Assembly (NCBI GenBank): GCA_041906765.1
Contig: JAYRIP010000004.1
Location: forward strand, 68,223 to 132,222
Source of the DNA: Candidatus Saccharimonadales bacterium
GTDB lineage: Bacteria > Patescibacteriota > Saccharimonadia > Saccharimonadales > JAYRRP01
DNA length: 64,000 nt
Reading direction: 5' to 3'
Shown here one piece after another: positions 1-9,591 of the stretch. Under the pieces are notes generated by a model. The model made no database searches and was not told the origin of the DNA. It saw nothing but the letters and a program-made list of their open reading frames with translations. Each line of letters starts with the position of its first letter. Position 1 is the first letter of the stretch. The position numbers and the translations under genes were made by a program.

Positions 1-2
1 CA

Positions 3-536
3 CAAAAATATAAAGTGCCGGTTATTGCCGACGGTGGCATCAACTACTCGGGTGACATCACCAAGGCATTAGCCGCTGGCGCCTCCAGTGTGATGCTGGG
101 GCGGTTATTTGCCGCCACCAAGGAATCAGCCGGGCAAGCAGTACAAGTAGCACGCAAGCACGTACCGCACCGTTTTCAGAGCATCATAAACGGGAATAAG
201 TATTACATATTTAAAAAGTATCGCGGCATGGGATCAGTGGCGGCAATGAAACGGGGCATAAAAGTTAGCTCAGAAGATGAATATCATGGTAAAAGCTACA
301 CTGATACCGTTTTGGTGGCGGAGGGCGTTGAAGGAATGGTGCCATTAAGCGGATCGGTCCAGGAATTATGCAACCAAATCTGCGGTGGTATACAGTCAGG
401 TTTCTATTATTGCGGCGCCAAATCCATTCATGATTTATGGGAAACGGCCCAGTTTATGCGTATCAGCCAAGCTTCGCTCACCGAGAGTCACCCCCACAAT
501 TTATTCATTACCAACGCAGGCAATAATTACCAATAA
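3..536 (+). CDS. guaB: IMP dehydrogenase, C-terminal part (5'-truncated by window edge)
   Basis: PVIADGGI..GDITKALAAGA..VMLG, YRGMGS and VAEGVEG motifs; frame open to window start. Confidence 0.93.
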   Translation, partial: QKYKVPVIADGGINYSGDITKALAAGASSVMLGRLFAATKESAGQAVQVARKHVPHRFQSIINGNKYYIFKKYRGMGSVAAMKRGIKVSSEDEYHGKSYTDTVLVAEGVEGMVPLSGSVQELCNQICGGIQSGFYYCGAKSIHDLWETAQFMRISQASLTESHPHNLFITNAGNNYQ

Positions 537-584
537 CTTCGCTAACTATTCCAACCGACTCAGGACTGATACTATTATTGAACT

Positions 585-1181
585 GTGTCATATACATTTA
601 GCACTCATTTAGAGCACTGGCTAAGAAGTCCGGGTAAAAAAACGCTTGCTGGTCTGGAAAATGTCTTTGGCGAAAAGAGTTTTGCTATTGCATTTTTGCT
701 GCTCATGAGCCCAGCCGCTCTACCGTTGCCAACCGGCGGCGTAACTCACTTGTTTGAAATTGTAGTCATATTGCTCGCAATTGAATTAGTGGCCGGACGT
801 GAGACATTATGGTTACCAAAACGCTGGCGCAATCTCACTCTAGGCAGTCGGGCAGAGAAGAAATTCTTACCGTTTTTGGTGCGCCGCATAAGATGGTTTG
901 AGCACTTCTCGCGCCCTCGATGGCAAACATTAGCCAGCAAGCGCTGGTACCGCTCAATAGTAGGGTTAATCGTAATCTTTTTCACCCTTGCTGCTTTCAT
1001 TGCGCCCCCGTTTTCGGGCTTGGACACGCTGCCGGCACTGGCAGTTGTTGCAATCTCACTCGCCTTGATATTAGAAGACATAGCAATTTTTATTATTGGA
1101 ATCTTTATCGGCACTGCCGGTGTAGGGTTGATTATCGGGCTGGGCAGCGCAATTACCCAAGGCATCCGACACCTTTTTTAG
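585..1181 (+). CDS. ExoD-family exopolysaccharide synthesis membrane protein
   Basis: Hydrophobic 198 aa; P..LPLPTGG, WLP.RW and SRPR motifs typical of ExoD. Confidence 0.8.
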   Translation: MSYTFSTHLEHWLRSPGKKTLAGLENVFGEKSFAIAFLLLMSPAALPLPTGGVTHLFEIVVILLAIELVAGRETLWLPKRWRNLTLGSRAEKKFLPFLVRRIRWFEHFSRPRWQTLASKRWYRSIVGLIVIFFTLAAFIAPPFSGLDTLPALAVVAISLALILEDIAIFIIGIFIGTAGVGLIIGLGSAITQGIRHLF

Positions 1182-1678
1182 TAGTCGTATACATACCAAC
1201 TGCCGCGTTTAGCAGTCGGTTTTTTGTGGGGCAGACGAAACACATAACTGATAAGACATGAGCCGGAGCGCATTTCTTTGGCAGCCTTTTTTTCCAGCTT
1301 TGCCATCGAGCGCGGCACCAAAAACGTAATAACAGCATCCGCATCACGCCAATTACTACCCCAAAAATCTCCCCAACGCACCCGTACCCTGGGATAATAG
1401 CGGATAGTCCTTAGCCAGGCGAACAGCCACAGCAACGGGTTGATCTCATAACCAACCGCGCTGAAGCCGCGCTTGGCAGCGGCAACCAGCAAGCGCCCGT
1501 CACCACAACCGAGTTCAACAATATTAGTATGTTTCGTTTTGGAGTGGTGTAGTGCATCATCCAACACCTTGGCAACATCTGCTTTCCGCATAGGCACCCA
1601 AGGTGCTCCGGCAAGACCGCCGACCGCAAAGCCAACCAATATAATACTGCCAATTATGAGCCATAACATGAGACGCAT
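1178..1678 (-). CDS. Membrane-anchored class I SAM methyltransferase
   Basis: N-terminal TM, APWVP, ELGCGDGR motif I, GYEINP, ISYVF. Confidence 0.85.
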   Translation of the reverse strand: MRLMLWLIIGSIILVGFAVGGLAGAPWVPMRKADVAKVLDDALHHSKTKHTNIVELGCGDGRLLVAAAKRGFSAVGYEINPLLWLFAWLRTIRYYPRVRVRWGDFWGSNWRDADAVITFLVPRSMAKLEKKAAKEMRSGSCLISYVFRLPHKKPTAKRGSWYVYDY

Positions 1679-1745
1679 TATACGCGATACCGTGGCTCAC
1701 TTGTGCCACTGAAGCGTGCAAGGTACTATTAAGGCAGTACCCGTT

Positions 1746-3131
1746 ATGGCAAACCAAAACAACAAAGATATCATCACCAGGGCAGTGGAGGCACCTGCCC
1801 ACATGCTTGAAGCCACAGTCGAAACCTCCCAAAAAGTTGCCCAAGCCTTGCCCAAAGACAAACTTGTGACAACAGTGAAGCGTACTGGCAGTTACTGGCG
1901 GACACTTGGTCCTGGACTTACTACGGGCGCCTCTGATGATGATCCGTCTGGCATCGCTACGTACTCGCAAGCCGGTGCCCAGTTTGGCTACCAGCTTTTG
2001 TGGATGGCCGCATTTACATTTCCTTTGATGGCCCTCGTTCAAGAAATGTGTGCTCGTATTGGTTTAGTAACCGGCCGGGGGCTGGCAGGGAACATCCGAC
2101 TGCACTTTCCGCGCAAAATCCTTTATGCTTGCACCACACTGCTGTTTGTCGCCAACAGTTTTAATATCGGTGCAGACCTTGGCGCCATGGCCAAAGGTGT
2201 ACAGCTACTTGCGCCACAAGTTAATTTCTACCTAGCGGTTGTTGGATTTGCGATATTAAGCCTGTTGCTACAGGTGTTTACTCCTTATGCTAAGTACGCT
2301 AAATACCTTAAATGGCTTGCTATGGTCTTGCTCGCTTATGTTTTTTCTGCTCTACTGGCGCATCTTAACTGGTCAGCGTTGGTGCAGCATGCTTTCATCC
2401 CGGCGATTACCTTTAGCCGCGAACAACTACTCCTCATCTGTGCTATCTTGGGTACCACTATTTCGCCGTACCTTTTCTTTTGGCAGACGTCAATGGAAGT
2501 TGAAGAAGAGATCCAGCAGGGTAAGACGAATCTTCAGCTGCGCCGTGAAACCTCACTCAAAGAGGTGAAATCCATGCGGGTAGACGTGTGGTCAGGCATG
2601 TTGCTTTCAAATTTGGTTATGTTTTTCATCATTGCGGCTTGTGGGGCAATACTGTTTCGCAACGGTATCACCGGTATTACCAGCGCTTCTCAGGCAGCTG
2701 AGGCCCTACGCCCATTCGCCGGCAACGCCACTTACTATTTATTCGCCGCCGGAATTATCGGCACCGGTATGCTAGCTATCCCTGTCTTGGCAGGATCAAG
2801 CTCATATGCACTTGCCGAAAGCTTGGGGTGGCGACGAGGTCTTAACTATAAGCTAAAGCAAGCTTACGCTTTTTACGGCACTATTATTATTTCAATGCTC
2901 GTCGGTTTACTAATTAACTTTATTGGTCTCGATCCAATCAAGGCATTGATCTACTCAGCCGTAGCGAACGGTGTTGTTGCGCCGTTGGTTTTACTACTCA
3001 TCGTCATGATGAGCAGCAACCGCAAAATCATGGGGGAGTGGGTCAATAAACCGAGTGTCACTGCCTTTGGTTGGCTACTGACCATCGTCATGCTTATTTC
3101 TGGCGCAGCCGCAATATTTGCCATGATCTAA
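1746..3131 (+). CDS. NRAMP-family divalent metal transporter, copy 1
   Basis: LGPGLTTGASDDDPSGIATYSQAGA, QEMCARIGLVTGRGL, GTTISPY; ATG 1746 preferred over GTG 1716. Confidence 0.9.
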   Translation: MANQNNKDIITRAVEAPAHMLEATVETSQKVAQALPKDKLVTTVKRTGSYWRTLGPGLTTGASDDDPSGIATYSQAGAQFGYQLLWMAAFTFPLMALVQEMCARIGLVTGRGLAGNIRLHFPRKILYACTTLLFVANSFNIGADLGAMAKGVQLLAPQVNFYLAVVGFAILSLLLQVFTPYAKYAKYLKWLAMVLLAYVFSALLAHLNWSALVQHAFIPAITFSREQLLLICAILGTTISPYLFFWQTSMEVEEEIQQGKTNLQLRRETSLKEVKSMRVDVWSGMLLSNLVMFFIIAACGAILFRNGITGITSASQAAEALRPFAGNATYYLFAAGIIGTGMLAIPVLAGSSSYALAESLGWRRGLNYKLKQAYAFYGTIIISMLVGLLINFIGLDPIKALIYSAVANGVVAPLVLLLIVMMSSNRKIMGEWVNKPSVTAFGWLLTIVMLISGAAAIFAMI

Positions 3132-3147
3132 GTAAGGGCTGTTCTCT

Positions 3148-4521
3148 ATGCATGCTGAAAAATGGCCGGACAAGATAGAAGAAGAGTTAGACCAATCCGA
3201 AAAACTGGCGTGGCAAATTGGTAAGAGTGCGCTGAGCCACCGGCGTTTTAACCGTATTTTACGAATCCTGGGACCTGGTGTGGTCACGGGGGCGGCCGAC
3301 GATGACCCTTCAGGAATTGCCACATATTCGCAAGCCGGTGCCCAGACAGGCTTTGGATTGCTTTGGGCCTTTCCGCTCATGTTACCACTGCTGATTGCCG
3401 TACAGGAAACATGTGCTCGCATCGGAGCGGTTACCGGACGCGGCCTGGCGGCAGTTATTAAAGACCACTACAGCCGAAAAGTCCTTTATTTTGCAGTGGC
3501 ACTTGTGGTAGTGGCCAACACCATTAATATCGGTGCGGATCTTGGTGCTATGGCCGCCACCTCACAATTATTCATCAACTTACCGTACGCCTTGTGGGCC
3601 AGCTTCTATGCTGCTCTCATTCTTTTACTTGTATTGACGGTTAGCTACAAAAACTACGCACGGATATTGAAATGGCTGGCGCTGACGTTACTCGCCTATC
3701 CGGCCACAGTATTACTGGTAGGTATACCGTGGCGTGAGGTGCTTATTGCTACTGTCAAGCCCCAGCTGAGCCTGGACTATGACACGCTTTTTATCCTGGT
3801 GGGCATGCTTGGTACCACTATTTCGCCGTACCTTTTCTTTTGGGACACTTCAGAAGTGGTCGAAGACGAAATTGCCACCAAGCGCCTCAAATCTTCCGGC
3901 ACAGCAATACCAACCATCACCCGGCGTTTCATGAAAAATATCCGCCTGGATAATATTATTGGCATGGTCATTGCAAGTGTTGCCGCCTGGTTTATCGTTG
4001 TCTTGTGCGGTAGCGTTTTGCACGGCAGTGGCATCCATGAGATCAATAGCGCATCTGACGCTGCAAAAGCGCTCGAACCTTTAGTGCAAAGCTTTCCAAA
4101 TGCAGGTTTAGTTGCCCGCGTTATCTTTTCGACGGGTATTATCGGCTTAGGGCTCTTGGCCGTACCCGTCCTGGCAGGATCAAGCTCATATGCCATTAGT
4201 GAGGTAATCGGATGGAAGGAAGGCTTACACCGCCGTTTCAAACGCGCCGTTGGCTTTTATGCGGTCATTATTGGGGCAACTCTTGTCGGCTTGGCGATTA
4301 ATTTTGCGGGGATTAATCCCATCAAAGCCCTCATTTTTACAGCAGTGTTTAACGCTATTGCCGCAATCCCTCTGATTATGATGATTGCCAGTATTGGCAA
4401 TAATCCGCGCATTATGGGCAACTATCGTAACAGCCGGTTATCGAATATATTTTTACGGGCAGCTTTTATCGTCATGCTGGGCAGTGGGCTCTTTTTGCTT
4501 GTATCCTCCTTCATGCGTTAG
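3148..4521 (+). CDS. NRAMP-family divalent metal transporter, copy 2
   Basis: Same motifs (GAADDDPSGIATYSQAGA, GTTISPYLFFW); tandem paralog. Confidence 0.9.
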   Translation: MHAEKWPDKIEEELDQSEKLAWQIGKSALSHRRFNRILRILGPGVVTGAADDDPSGIATYSQAGAQTGFGLLWAFPLMLPLLIAVQETCARIGAVTGRGLAAVIKDHYSRKVLYFAVALVVVANTINIGADLGAMAATSQLFINLPYALWASFYAALILLLVLTVSYKNYARILKWLALTLLAYPATVLLVGIPWREVLIATVKPQLSLDYDTLFILVGMLGTTISPYLFFWDTSEVVEDEIATKRLKSSGTAIPTITRRFMKNIRLDNIIGMVIASVAAWFIVVLCGSVLHGSGIHEINSASDAAKALEPLVQSFPNAGLVARVIFSTGIIGLGLLAVPVLAGSSSYAISEVIGWKEGLHRRFKRAVGFYAVIIGATLVGLAINFAGINPIKALIFTAVFNAIAAIPLIMMIASIGNNPRIMGNYRNSRLSNIFLRAAFIVMLGSGLFLLVSSFMR

Positions 4522-4546
4522 ATAGAGACTTCGTTAGAAAGTTTTA

Positions 4547-4590
4547 TGCGAAAAATCTCGTAGAGCAATTGAAGGGATTCGATTTAATCT
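4547..4590 (+). promoter_or_regulatory. CRP/FNR-like operator TGCGA-N6-TCGTA plus -10 TAATCT
   Basis: Near-identical element at 5295-5338 with identical spacing to -10 and ATG. Confidence 0.5.
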
Positions 4591-4623
4591 AAGAGTGTAG
4601 GAGATTAAAGAAGGGAGGGGGAC

Positions 4624-4920
4624 ATGCAACAAACTTCTAATGCCAGTAACCACACGTTTCTGGCAGTCATGCTTGCCGGCCTAGCTGGTGTAGTTATCGG
4701 CATGCTGTTTGCTCCGCGTGAAGGCAAAGAAACACGAAGACGTTTACGTACAGCGGTGACAGAAGCCGAAGACCAGGCAACAAAAGGCTTGGAAAAAGCT
4801 CAGCTGTCATTAAAAAAAGGCCTACGGCATACACAAGACTTTAAGGACCGCTTGCAAAACGCATGGCATGAGGGCACCGCTACTGCCCAAGAAGATGAGT
4901 TCTTGCCGCCAACTACTTAA
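4624..4920 (+). CDS. YtxH-domain general stress protein
   Basis: G..G..IGMLFAPREGKETRRRL motif; strong SD upstream. Confidence 0.85.
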   Translation: MQQTSNASNHTFLAVMLAGLAGVVIGMLFAPREGKETRRRLRTAVTEAEDQATKGLEKAQLSLKKGLRHTQDFKDRLQNAWHEGTATAQEDEFLPPTT

Positions 4921-4981
4921 GTAGCTGTTCCATCTTCAATTAATAAAGCGCCGGGATATACTTGGCAGGAAGGATAAGAAT

Positions 4982-5260
4982 ATGATTTGGAACATCGTAT
5001 CGTGGATTATTTTCGGAGCATTAGCTGGTTGGCTGGCTTCACTTATTATGCGGACAGATGAGGAGCAAGGTGCAATGGGGAATATTGTGATCGGGATTTT
5101 GGGCGCAATAATCGGCGGTGGTATCGCCCGGGCTTTGATTGGCACCAGCGTGACTGGCTTTAATCTGCCCAGCTTGATTATTGCTATACTTGGCGCAATG
5201 TTGCTTATCTTTTTGCTCCACTTATTCACTGGCGGCCGACGAAGCGCACTGCACCACTAG
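4982..5260 (+). CDS. GlsB/YeaQ/YmgE-family (transglycosylase-associated) membrane protein
   Basis: WIIFGALAGWLAS..NIVIGILGAIIGG..SLIIAILGA pattern. Confidence 0.9.
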   Translation: MIWNIVSWIIFGALAGWLASLIMRTDEEQGAMGNIVIGILGAIIGGGIARALIGTSVTGFNLPSLIIAILGAMLLIFLLHLFTGGRRSALHH

Positions 5261-5294
5261 ACCTTTTTGGCGGGGCGATGCACAGACAGCAACT

Positions 5295-5338
5295 TGTGAA
5301 AATTCTCGTAGCCTGCAGCGTGCATAAACGGCTAAGCT
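5295..5338 (+). promoter_or_regulatory. CRP/FNR-like operator TGTGA-N6-TCGTA plus -10 TAAGCT
   Basis: Matches the element at 4547-4590. Confidence 0.5.
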
Positions 5339-5371
5339 AGAGATGCCTAAACTTGGGAGGGGAGAGGCAAA

Positions 5372-5584
5372 ATGAAATCTTTAATTCGTACGTGGCTGAA
5401 AGCTGGCCGTAGACCTGTAGATCCAGACAGTGATACAGGTTTCTGGTGGTTTGAAGCGGACGACAACGAAGAAACGAAGAAGTTCTTCGATCATTACTCT
5501 TTGCAAAAAGAGTACGAGTCAGACGATCCGGCCCAGCAGCACCCAATGTACGGCTCTGTGCCACCAATGCACTCTGAGTGTTAA
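5372..5584 (+). CDS. Small hypothetical protein (70 aa)
   Basis: GGGAGG SD and a promoter architecture shared with ytxH; no recognised domain. Confidence 0.55.
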   Translation: MKSLIRTWLKAGRRPVDPDSDTGFWWFEADDNEETKKFFDHYSLQKEYESDDPAQQHPMYGSVPPMHSEC

Positions 5585-5593
5585 GACTGCAGG

Positions 5594-6826
5594 CTACTCG
5601 TAATGGAGTGCATCAATGGGGTCTTTACGTGCCGCTTTATAAGCAGGAGTTAAGCCAAAGATAATTCCCACTGCCAGAGAAACCCCTGTCGCGATAATTA
5701 TAATTTGCCAAGTGATGACCGGTTTGATATCTGTCGTTACCCGTATGAGGTAATTGCATATAAACGAGAGTGCGATACCGATAATTGCCCCGCAGACACT
5801 AAGAACTGTTGCTTCAGTCAGAAACTGAGCCAGAATTTGTCGGTTGGTAGCACCAATGGCTTTGCGGATACCTATTTCACGCGTCCGTTCCGTCACCGAA
5901 ACGAGCATAATATTCATTATGCCAATACCGCCCACCAGCAAAGATATAGCCGCCACGCCAGCAATTAAACCGGTCAGTAAATTAAGGATATTCGAAGTTA
6001 CCGACAAATTCTCGTCTTGCTTGAGAATGGTGAAATCACTATCACCACCCCGTAAGTTGCTCAGTGATTGATTAATACTACTGAGCACCTGGTCAACCTG
6101 GCTGGAATCTTTTGGCCTAGCCAAAACTTCAACTATCTGGAGATTGCCTCCGGCAAGTTGCTTGGAAGCCGGATAGGGGATAAACACCGCTTTATTGAAA
6201 TCATTGTTAGCATTGAGAATATTGGGACTAAACTCCTCAAACACTCCGCGTACGACATAGTCTTCACCGCGGATTCTTAGCGTCATACCAATAGGAGCAT
6301 TCTCCTGGAACAATTTTTCGGCTACCCGTTTGCCGATCACAGCTACATGACGTTGCGATTCGCCCTCACTAAAAAAGTTACCAAATTCTAACTTTTGCTG
6401 GGTTAATGCCGGGTAGTCATGACTGACACCGAGCACAAAGCTGTCATCAAGCTGACCACCTTCAGAACGAGCAGGCGTACTGATAAAGCCAAGGGGGGAG
6501 AGAAACTTAATACCCTCAATTTGCTGCATGGCCTGCACGTCCTGGTCGCTGAGGCTCCCGCTGCCAAACCCTAAGTTGCTGCTCAAGTTAACCCGCGTAA
6601 TTTTGCCGCTGTTATCACGCTCCACAATTTTACCGGGTCGCACTGTCAGCAAATCTTTGCCTAGGACATTGATCTGCCCCACGATTTGCTGCTTGACCCC
6701 TTCGCCAAGACTTACCGTGGTCACTACCGACACTATGCCAATAACAATACCAAACATAGTCAGGACGCTCCGCCACTTGGCGCTCCTTAGAGCTGCAAGA
6801 GCAGTTTTGACATTGCCACTCCACAT
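5594..6826 (-). CDS. MacB/FtsX-family ABC transporter permease
   Basis: RSVLTMFGIVIGI, GGIGIMNIMLVSVTERTREIGIRKAIGA, PAYKAARKDPIDAL. Confidence 0.93.
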   Translation of the reverse strand: MWSGNVKTALAALRSAKWRSVLTMFGIVIGIVSVVTTVSLGEGVKQQIVGQINVLGKDLLTVRPGKIVERDNSGKITRVNLSSNLGFGSGSLSDQDVQAMQQIEGIKFLSPLGFISTPARSEGGQLDDSFVLGVSHDYPALTQQKLEFGNFFSEGESQRHVAVIGKRVAEKLFQENAPIGMTLRIRGEDYVVRGVFEEFSPNILNANNDFNKAVFIPYPASKQLAGGNLQIVEVLARPKDSSQVDQVLSSINQSLSNLRGGDSDFTILKQDENLSVTSNILNLLTGLIAGVAAISLLVGGIGIMNIMLVSVTERTREIGIRKAIGATNRQILAQFLTEATVLSVCGAIIGIALSFICNYLIRVTTDIKPVITWQIIIIATGVSLAVGIIFGLTPAYKAARKDPIDALHYE

Positions 6827-7701
6827 TATTTTTTCGCCTTCGTTCTGCTTCGTTTCACTGATGTCTTTTTGGTACGTATCGCGCCACGTCGTGGCTTTTT
6901 GCCTGCCGGCTTGTCGGGTATCGCGTTCATAAGTGCCGATATGCCGGCCAGATCGTCTTCTTCGGTTTTGCGGGGATAGAGGTTCATAGTCCGGCGAGCC
7001 ATGCGTGGCACTTTACCAATAGGCGTTCGTTCTTCATGCACCACAGAGCCATCATGCATATACACTACCCGGTTGGCATAACGAGTGAGTTCCGGGTTAT
7101 GTGTCACCATTAATATCGTGTTGCCAGTTTTGTGAATTTCGCTCAGCAGCTCCATCACTACCCAGCTCGAGCCACTGTCGAGGTTACCGGTAGGTTCATC
7201 GGCAATGATTATTGCTGGGTTATTCACGAGCGCGCGGGCGATAGCAACCCGCTGCAACTGACCGCCGCTAAGTTGTCGAGGCATGAAGTATTCCCGATCC
7301 TGCAGACCAACCCGCTCGAGCATTAAGCTCGCTTGCTTAAGACGGCGAGAGACACTGGTACCTTTGTAGGCCAGCGGCTGAGCAACATTTTGCAGTACAT
7401 TCAGTTTGGGCAGCAGGGCAAATGTCTGAAAAACAAAGCCAATTTTGTCACGGCGTGCCTTAGCCCGTTGGTTCGAGCGCAGCTTTTCAACAGAGCGCCC
7501 GCCTAACAAAAAACTACCGTGAGTGGGACGGTCAAGCAAGCCGATGACATTGAGGAGTGTTGATTTGCCGCTACCGCTCGGCCCCATAATCGCCACAAAG
7601 TCACCCGCATCGATATGTAAGTTGACTTCGTCTAGTGCCACGGTAGTGGCATCGCCGAAGCCGTACAGTTTACTGACGTCTTTTAGTTCGATGATGGGCA
7701 T
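6826..7701 (-). CDS. ABC transporter ATP-binding protein (LolD/MacB type) with basic C-tail
   Basis: GPSGSGKS, LSGGQ, ADEPTGNLD, VTH; likely start MPIIEL at 7701. Confidence 0.93.
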   Translation of the reverse strand: MPIIELKDVSKLYGFGDATTVALDEVNLHIDAGDFVAIMGPSGSGKSTLLNVIGLLDRPTHGSFLLGGRSVEKLRSNQRAKARRDKIGFVFQTFALLPKLNVLQNVAQPLAYKGTSVSRRLKQASLMLERVGLQDREYFMPRQLSGGQLQRVAIARALVNNPAIIIADEPTGNLDSGSSWVVMELLSEIHKTGNTILMVTHNPELTRYANRVVYMHDGSVVHEERTPIGKVPRMARRTMNLYPRKTEEDDLAGISALMNAIPDKPAGKKPRRGAIRTKKTSVKRSRTKAKK

Positions 7702-7807
7702 GCTACACCTTAGTTTACGCGTAAATTTGCATATACGGCAAGCACCTAATGTAGTAATAATATCGGCATTATCTGCCACTTGCTCATAAGCTATAATGAC
7801 AAGGGAA

Positions 7808-7898
7808 GGAGAGGTCGCATAGTTGGCCTAGTGCGCCGTCTTGGAAAGGCGGTATGGGGGCAACCCCATCGAGGGTTCGAATCCCTCCCTCTCCGCCA
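7808..7898 (+). tRNA. tRNA-Ser(GGA)
   Basis: GGAGAGG/CCTCTCC acceptor stem, anticodon arm CCGTC-TTGGAAA-GGCGG, long variable arm, GGTTCGAATCC, encoded CCA. Confidence 0.96.
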
Positions 7899-7947
7899 GA
7901 TAGAAACTAGAACTTTTTTCAGAGGTCAAGACAATGAAAGAGGTAGG

Positions 7948-7969
7948 AAAGCCCCCTTAGGGGCTTTTT
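7948..7969 (+). terminator. Intrinsic terminator after tRNA-Ser
   Basis: AAAGCCCC-CTTA-GGGGCTTTTT hairpin with U-tract. Confidence 0.75.
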
Positions 7970-8036
7970 GGTTGCCTTATGGTGTCTACTTAAGCTTGAC
8001 CCCACCAGGGACTGGAACTGCGCAAATACTCCTTAA

Positions 8037-8378
8037 ACTCCTGAGTTTGTTAATCTTCCGGGTCTAACCACGGTGATCAACATTGAGAACGGTCAGACCA
8101 TCACCACTAATCCATATATCATCAAGGTCAAACCAGAGTCAGACGACGGCATCTCTAAAGTCGAGTTTTATATCGACAACGTTCTCATTTGCACCGACAC
8201 CACGGCTGACGGTGATGGGGTTTATTCCTGCGCCTGGGATACTTCAAAGTATCACTCTGACGTCAAAGTTATCGCTTACGACACCAATGGCACACCGTCG
8301 GCGGCTTTGCTCCGAAGTACCACGGTTGACCCAAAACTCTATCTCACCGTTCTTCCGAAAACTGGGAAAACTGACTAG
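8037..8378 (+). pseudogene. C-terminal remnant of a surface protein: bacterial Ig-like domain ending in LPKTG
   Basis: ISKVEFYIDN..Y...WDT..VKVIAYD Ig pattern; no signal peptide; in-frame stop at 8034-8036 just upstream; GTG 8073 lacks an SD. Confidence 0.55.
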
Positions 8379-8586
8379 AAATCAAACAAATCTTTTGACT
8401 CAGCCTCTAAAACCTTCGCAATCTTTCCTATGTTCCTCAGTGATGGGTCTTTGATTCCTCGTTCAATTAAGAATATCGCCAGCCGGGAAAAAGAATCCTT
8501 TGCTTACGGATACATCTCTGATACCAGGAAGATGACGCAACTATAGCCAAAAACAATATGGTGGGTTATAGTGGGGGAAAACGATT

Positions 8587-9534
8587 ATGCCTGTTATCCT
8601 ACTACTCTTATCGCTTACCTTTATCGTTGCTTGGGTGGGATTCCTGCTGTGGCTGTTTATTAAAACCGACAAGGGAGCAAAAGAACCGGCTGGTGCCATG
8701 TGGGCTGCTTTTGGATTTGGGGTGCTTTCTGTAGGTATCGCATTATTGCTTGAGAAATTACTACTCAAAGACTCAATTTCTACAGGTACAGACATTTTTT
8801 TGATGACTATGTCCGTTGGTGTTATCGAAGAAGCAGCCAAGTTTTTACCTCTCGCATTCTTCTTATATAAAAAACCTTACTTCAATGAACACACCGATGG
8901 CATCCTTTACTTTGGAATTGTCGGTTTAACCTTCGGGGTGTTAGAGGATTTTATATATTTATACAGTATATTCACGTCCCACAATACAGCCAGTTCAATC
9001 GTAGGGGTAGTGCGAGTCAGTATTCTGTTCCTTTTCCACGTAGCAGGTACCGCTATGATTGGTTACTACCTGGCAAAGAGCAAGGTACAGCGCAAGAGTT
9101 TGTGGCAACCAGCAATTGCGTTTTCGATTATTGCATTCCTCCATGGATTGTATGACTTTATATTGTTCTACATGAGCTATAAAGCTATTACAGGATCAGG
9201 CTCAGATGCAGAAGCCGGTGTCATGGTTTTGCTATTGATTGTGGCATTCATCGTGTCTCTACTCTTTGGAGCTTGCTTTTTCTTATACTATCGCCGCGCT
9301 AAACAGTGGGACGCAAGTGTCGGCCTCGCCTATGATTCCCGACTACAGAGCCAAGTTGCGGGCCAACCGGCTCCTCCTGTTCCACAAGGAACAGTGGCGG
9401 TCTCTTACGCAACAGGCCCCCAACCAGTACCACCTCAAACTCCACCGACACCAAATCCACAACCAGTCACTGCTGTGAACCCCACACCGACGAATGAAGG
9501 CGGGCAACCGCAAACTCCTATACAGGGAAGTTGA
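8587..9534 (+). CDS. PrsW-family glutamic intramembrane protease with Pro-rich tail
   Basis: EEAAK, FGVLED, FH and HGLYD motifs. Confidence 0.88.
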   Translation: MPVILLLLSLTFIVAWVGFLLWLFIKTDKGAKEPAGAMWAAFGFGVLSVGIALLLEKLLLKDSISTGTDIFLMTMSVGVIEEAAKFLPLAFFLYKKPYFNEHTDGILYFGIVGLTFGVLEDFIYLYSIFTSHNTASSIVGVVRVSILFLFHVAGTAMIGYYLAKSKVQRKSLWQPAIAFSIIAFLHGLYDFILFYMSYKAITGSGSDAEAGVMVLLLIVAFIVSLLFGACFFLYYRRAKQWDASVGLAYDSRLQSQVAGQPAPPVPQGTVAVSYATGPQPVPPQTPPTPNPQPVTAVNPTPTNEGGQPQTPIQGS

Positions 9535-9591
9535 TAAATTTATACTGTTTACTGTTTGTGCTTATATTAATAGAAAGGAAAAACCAATATT

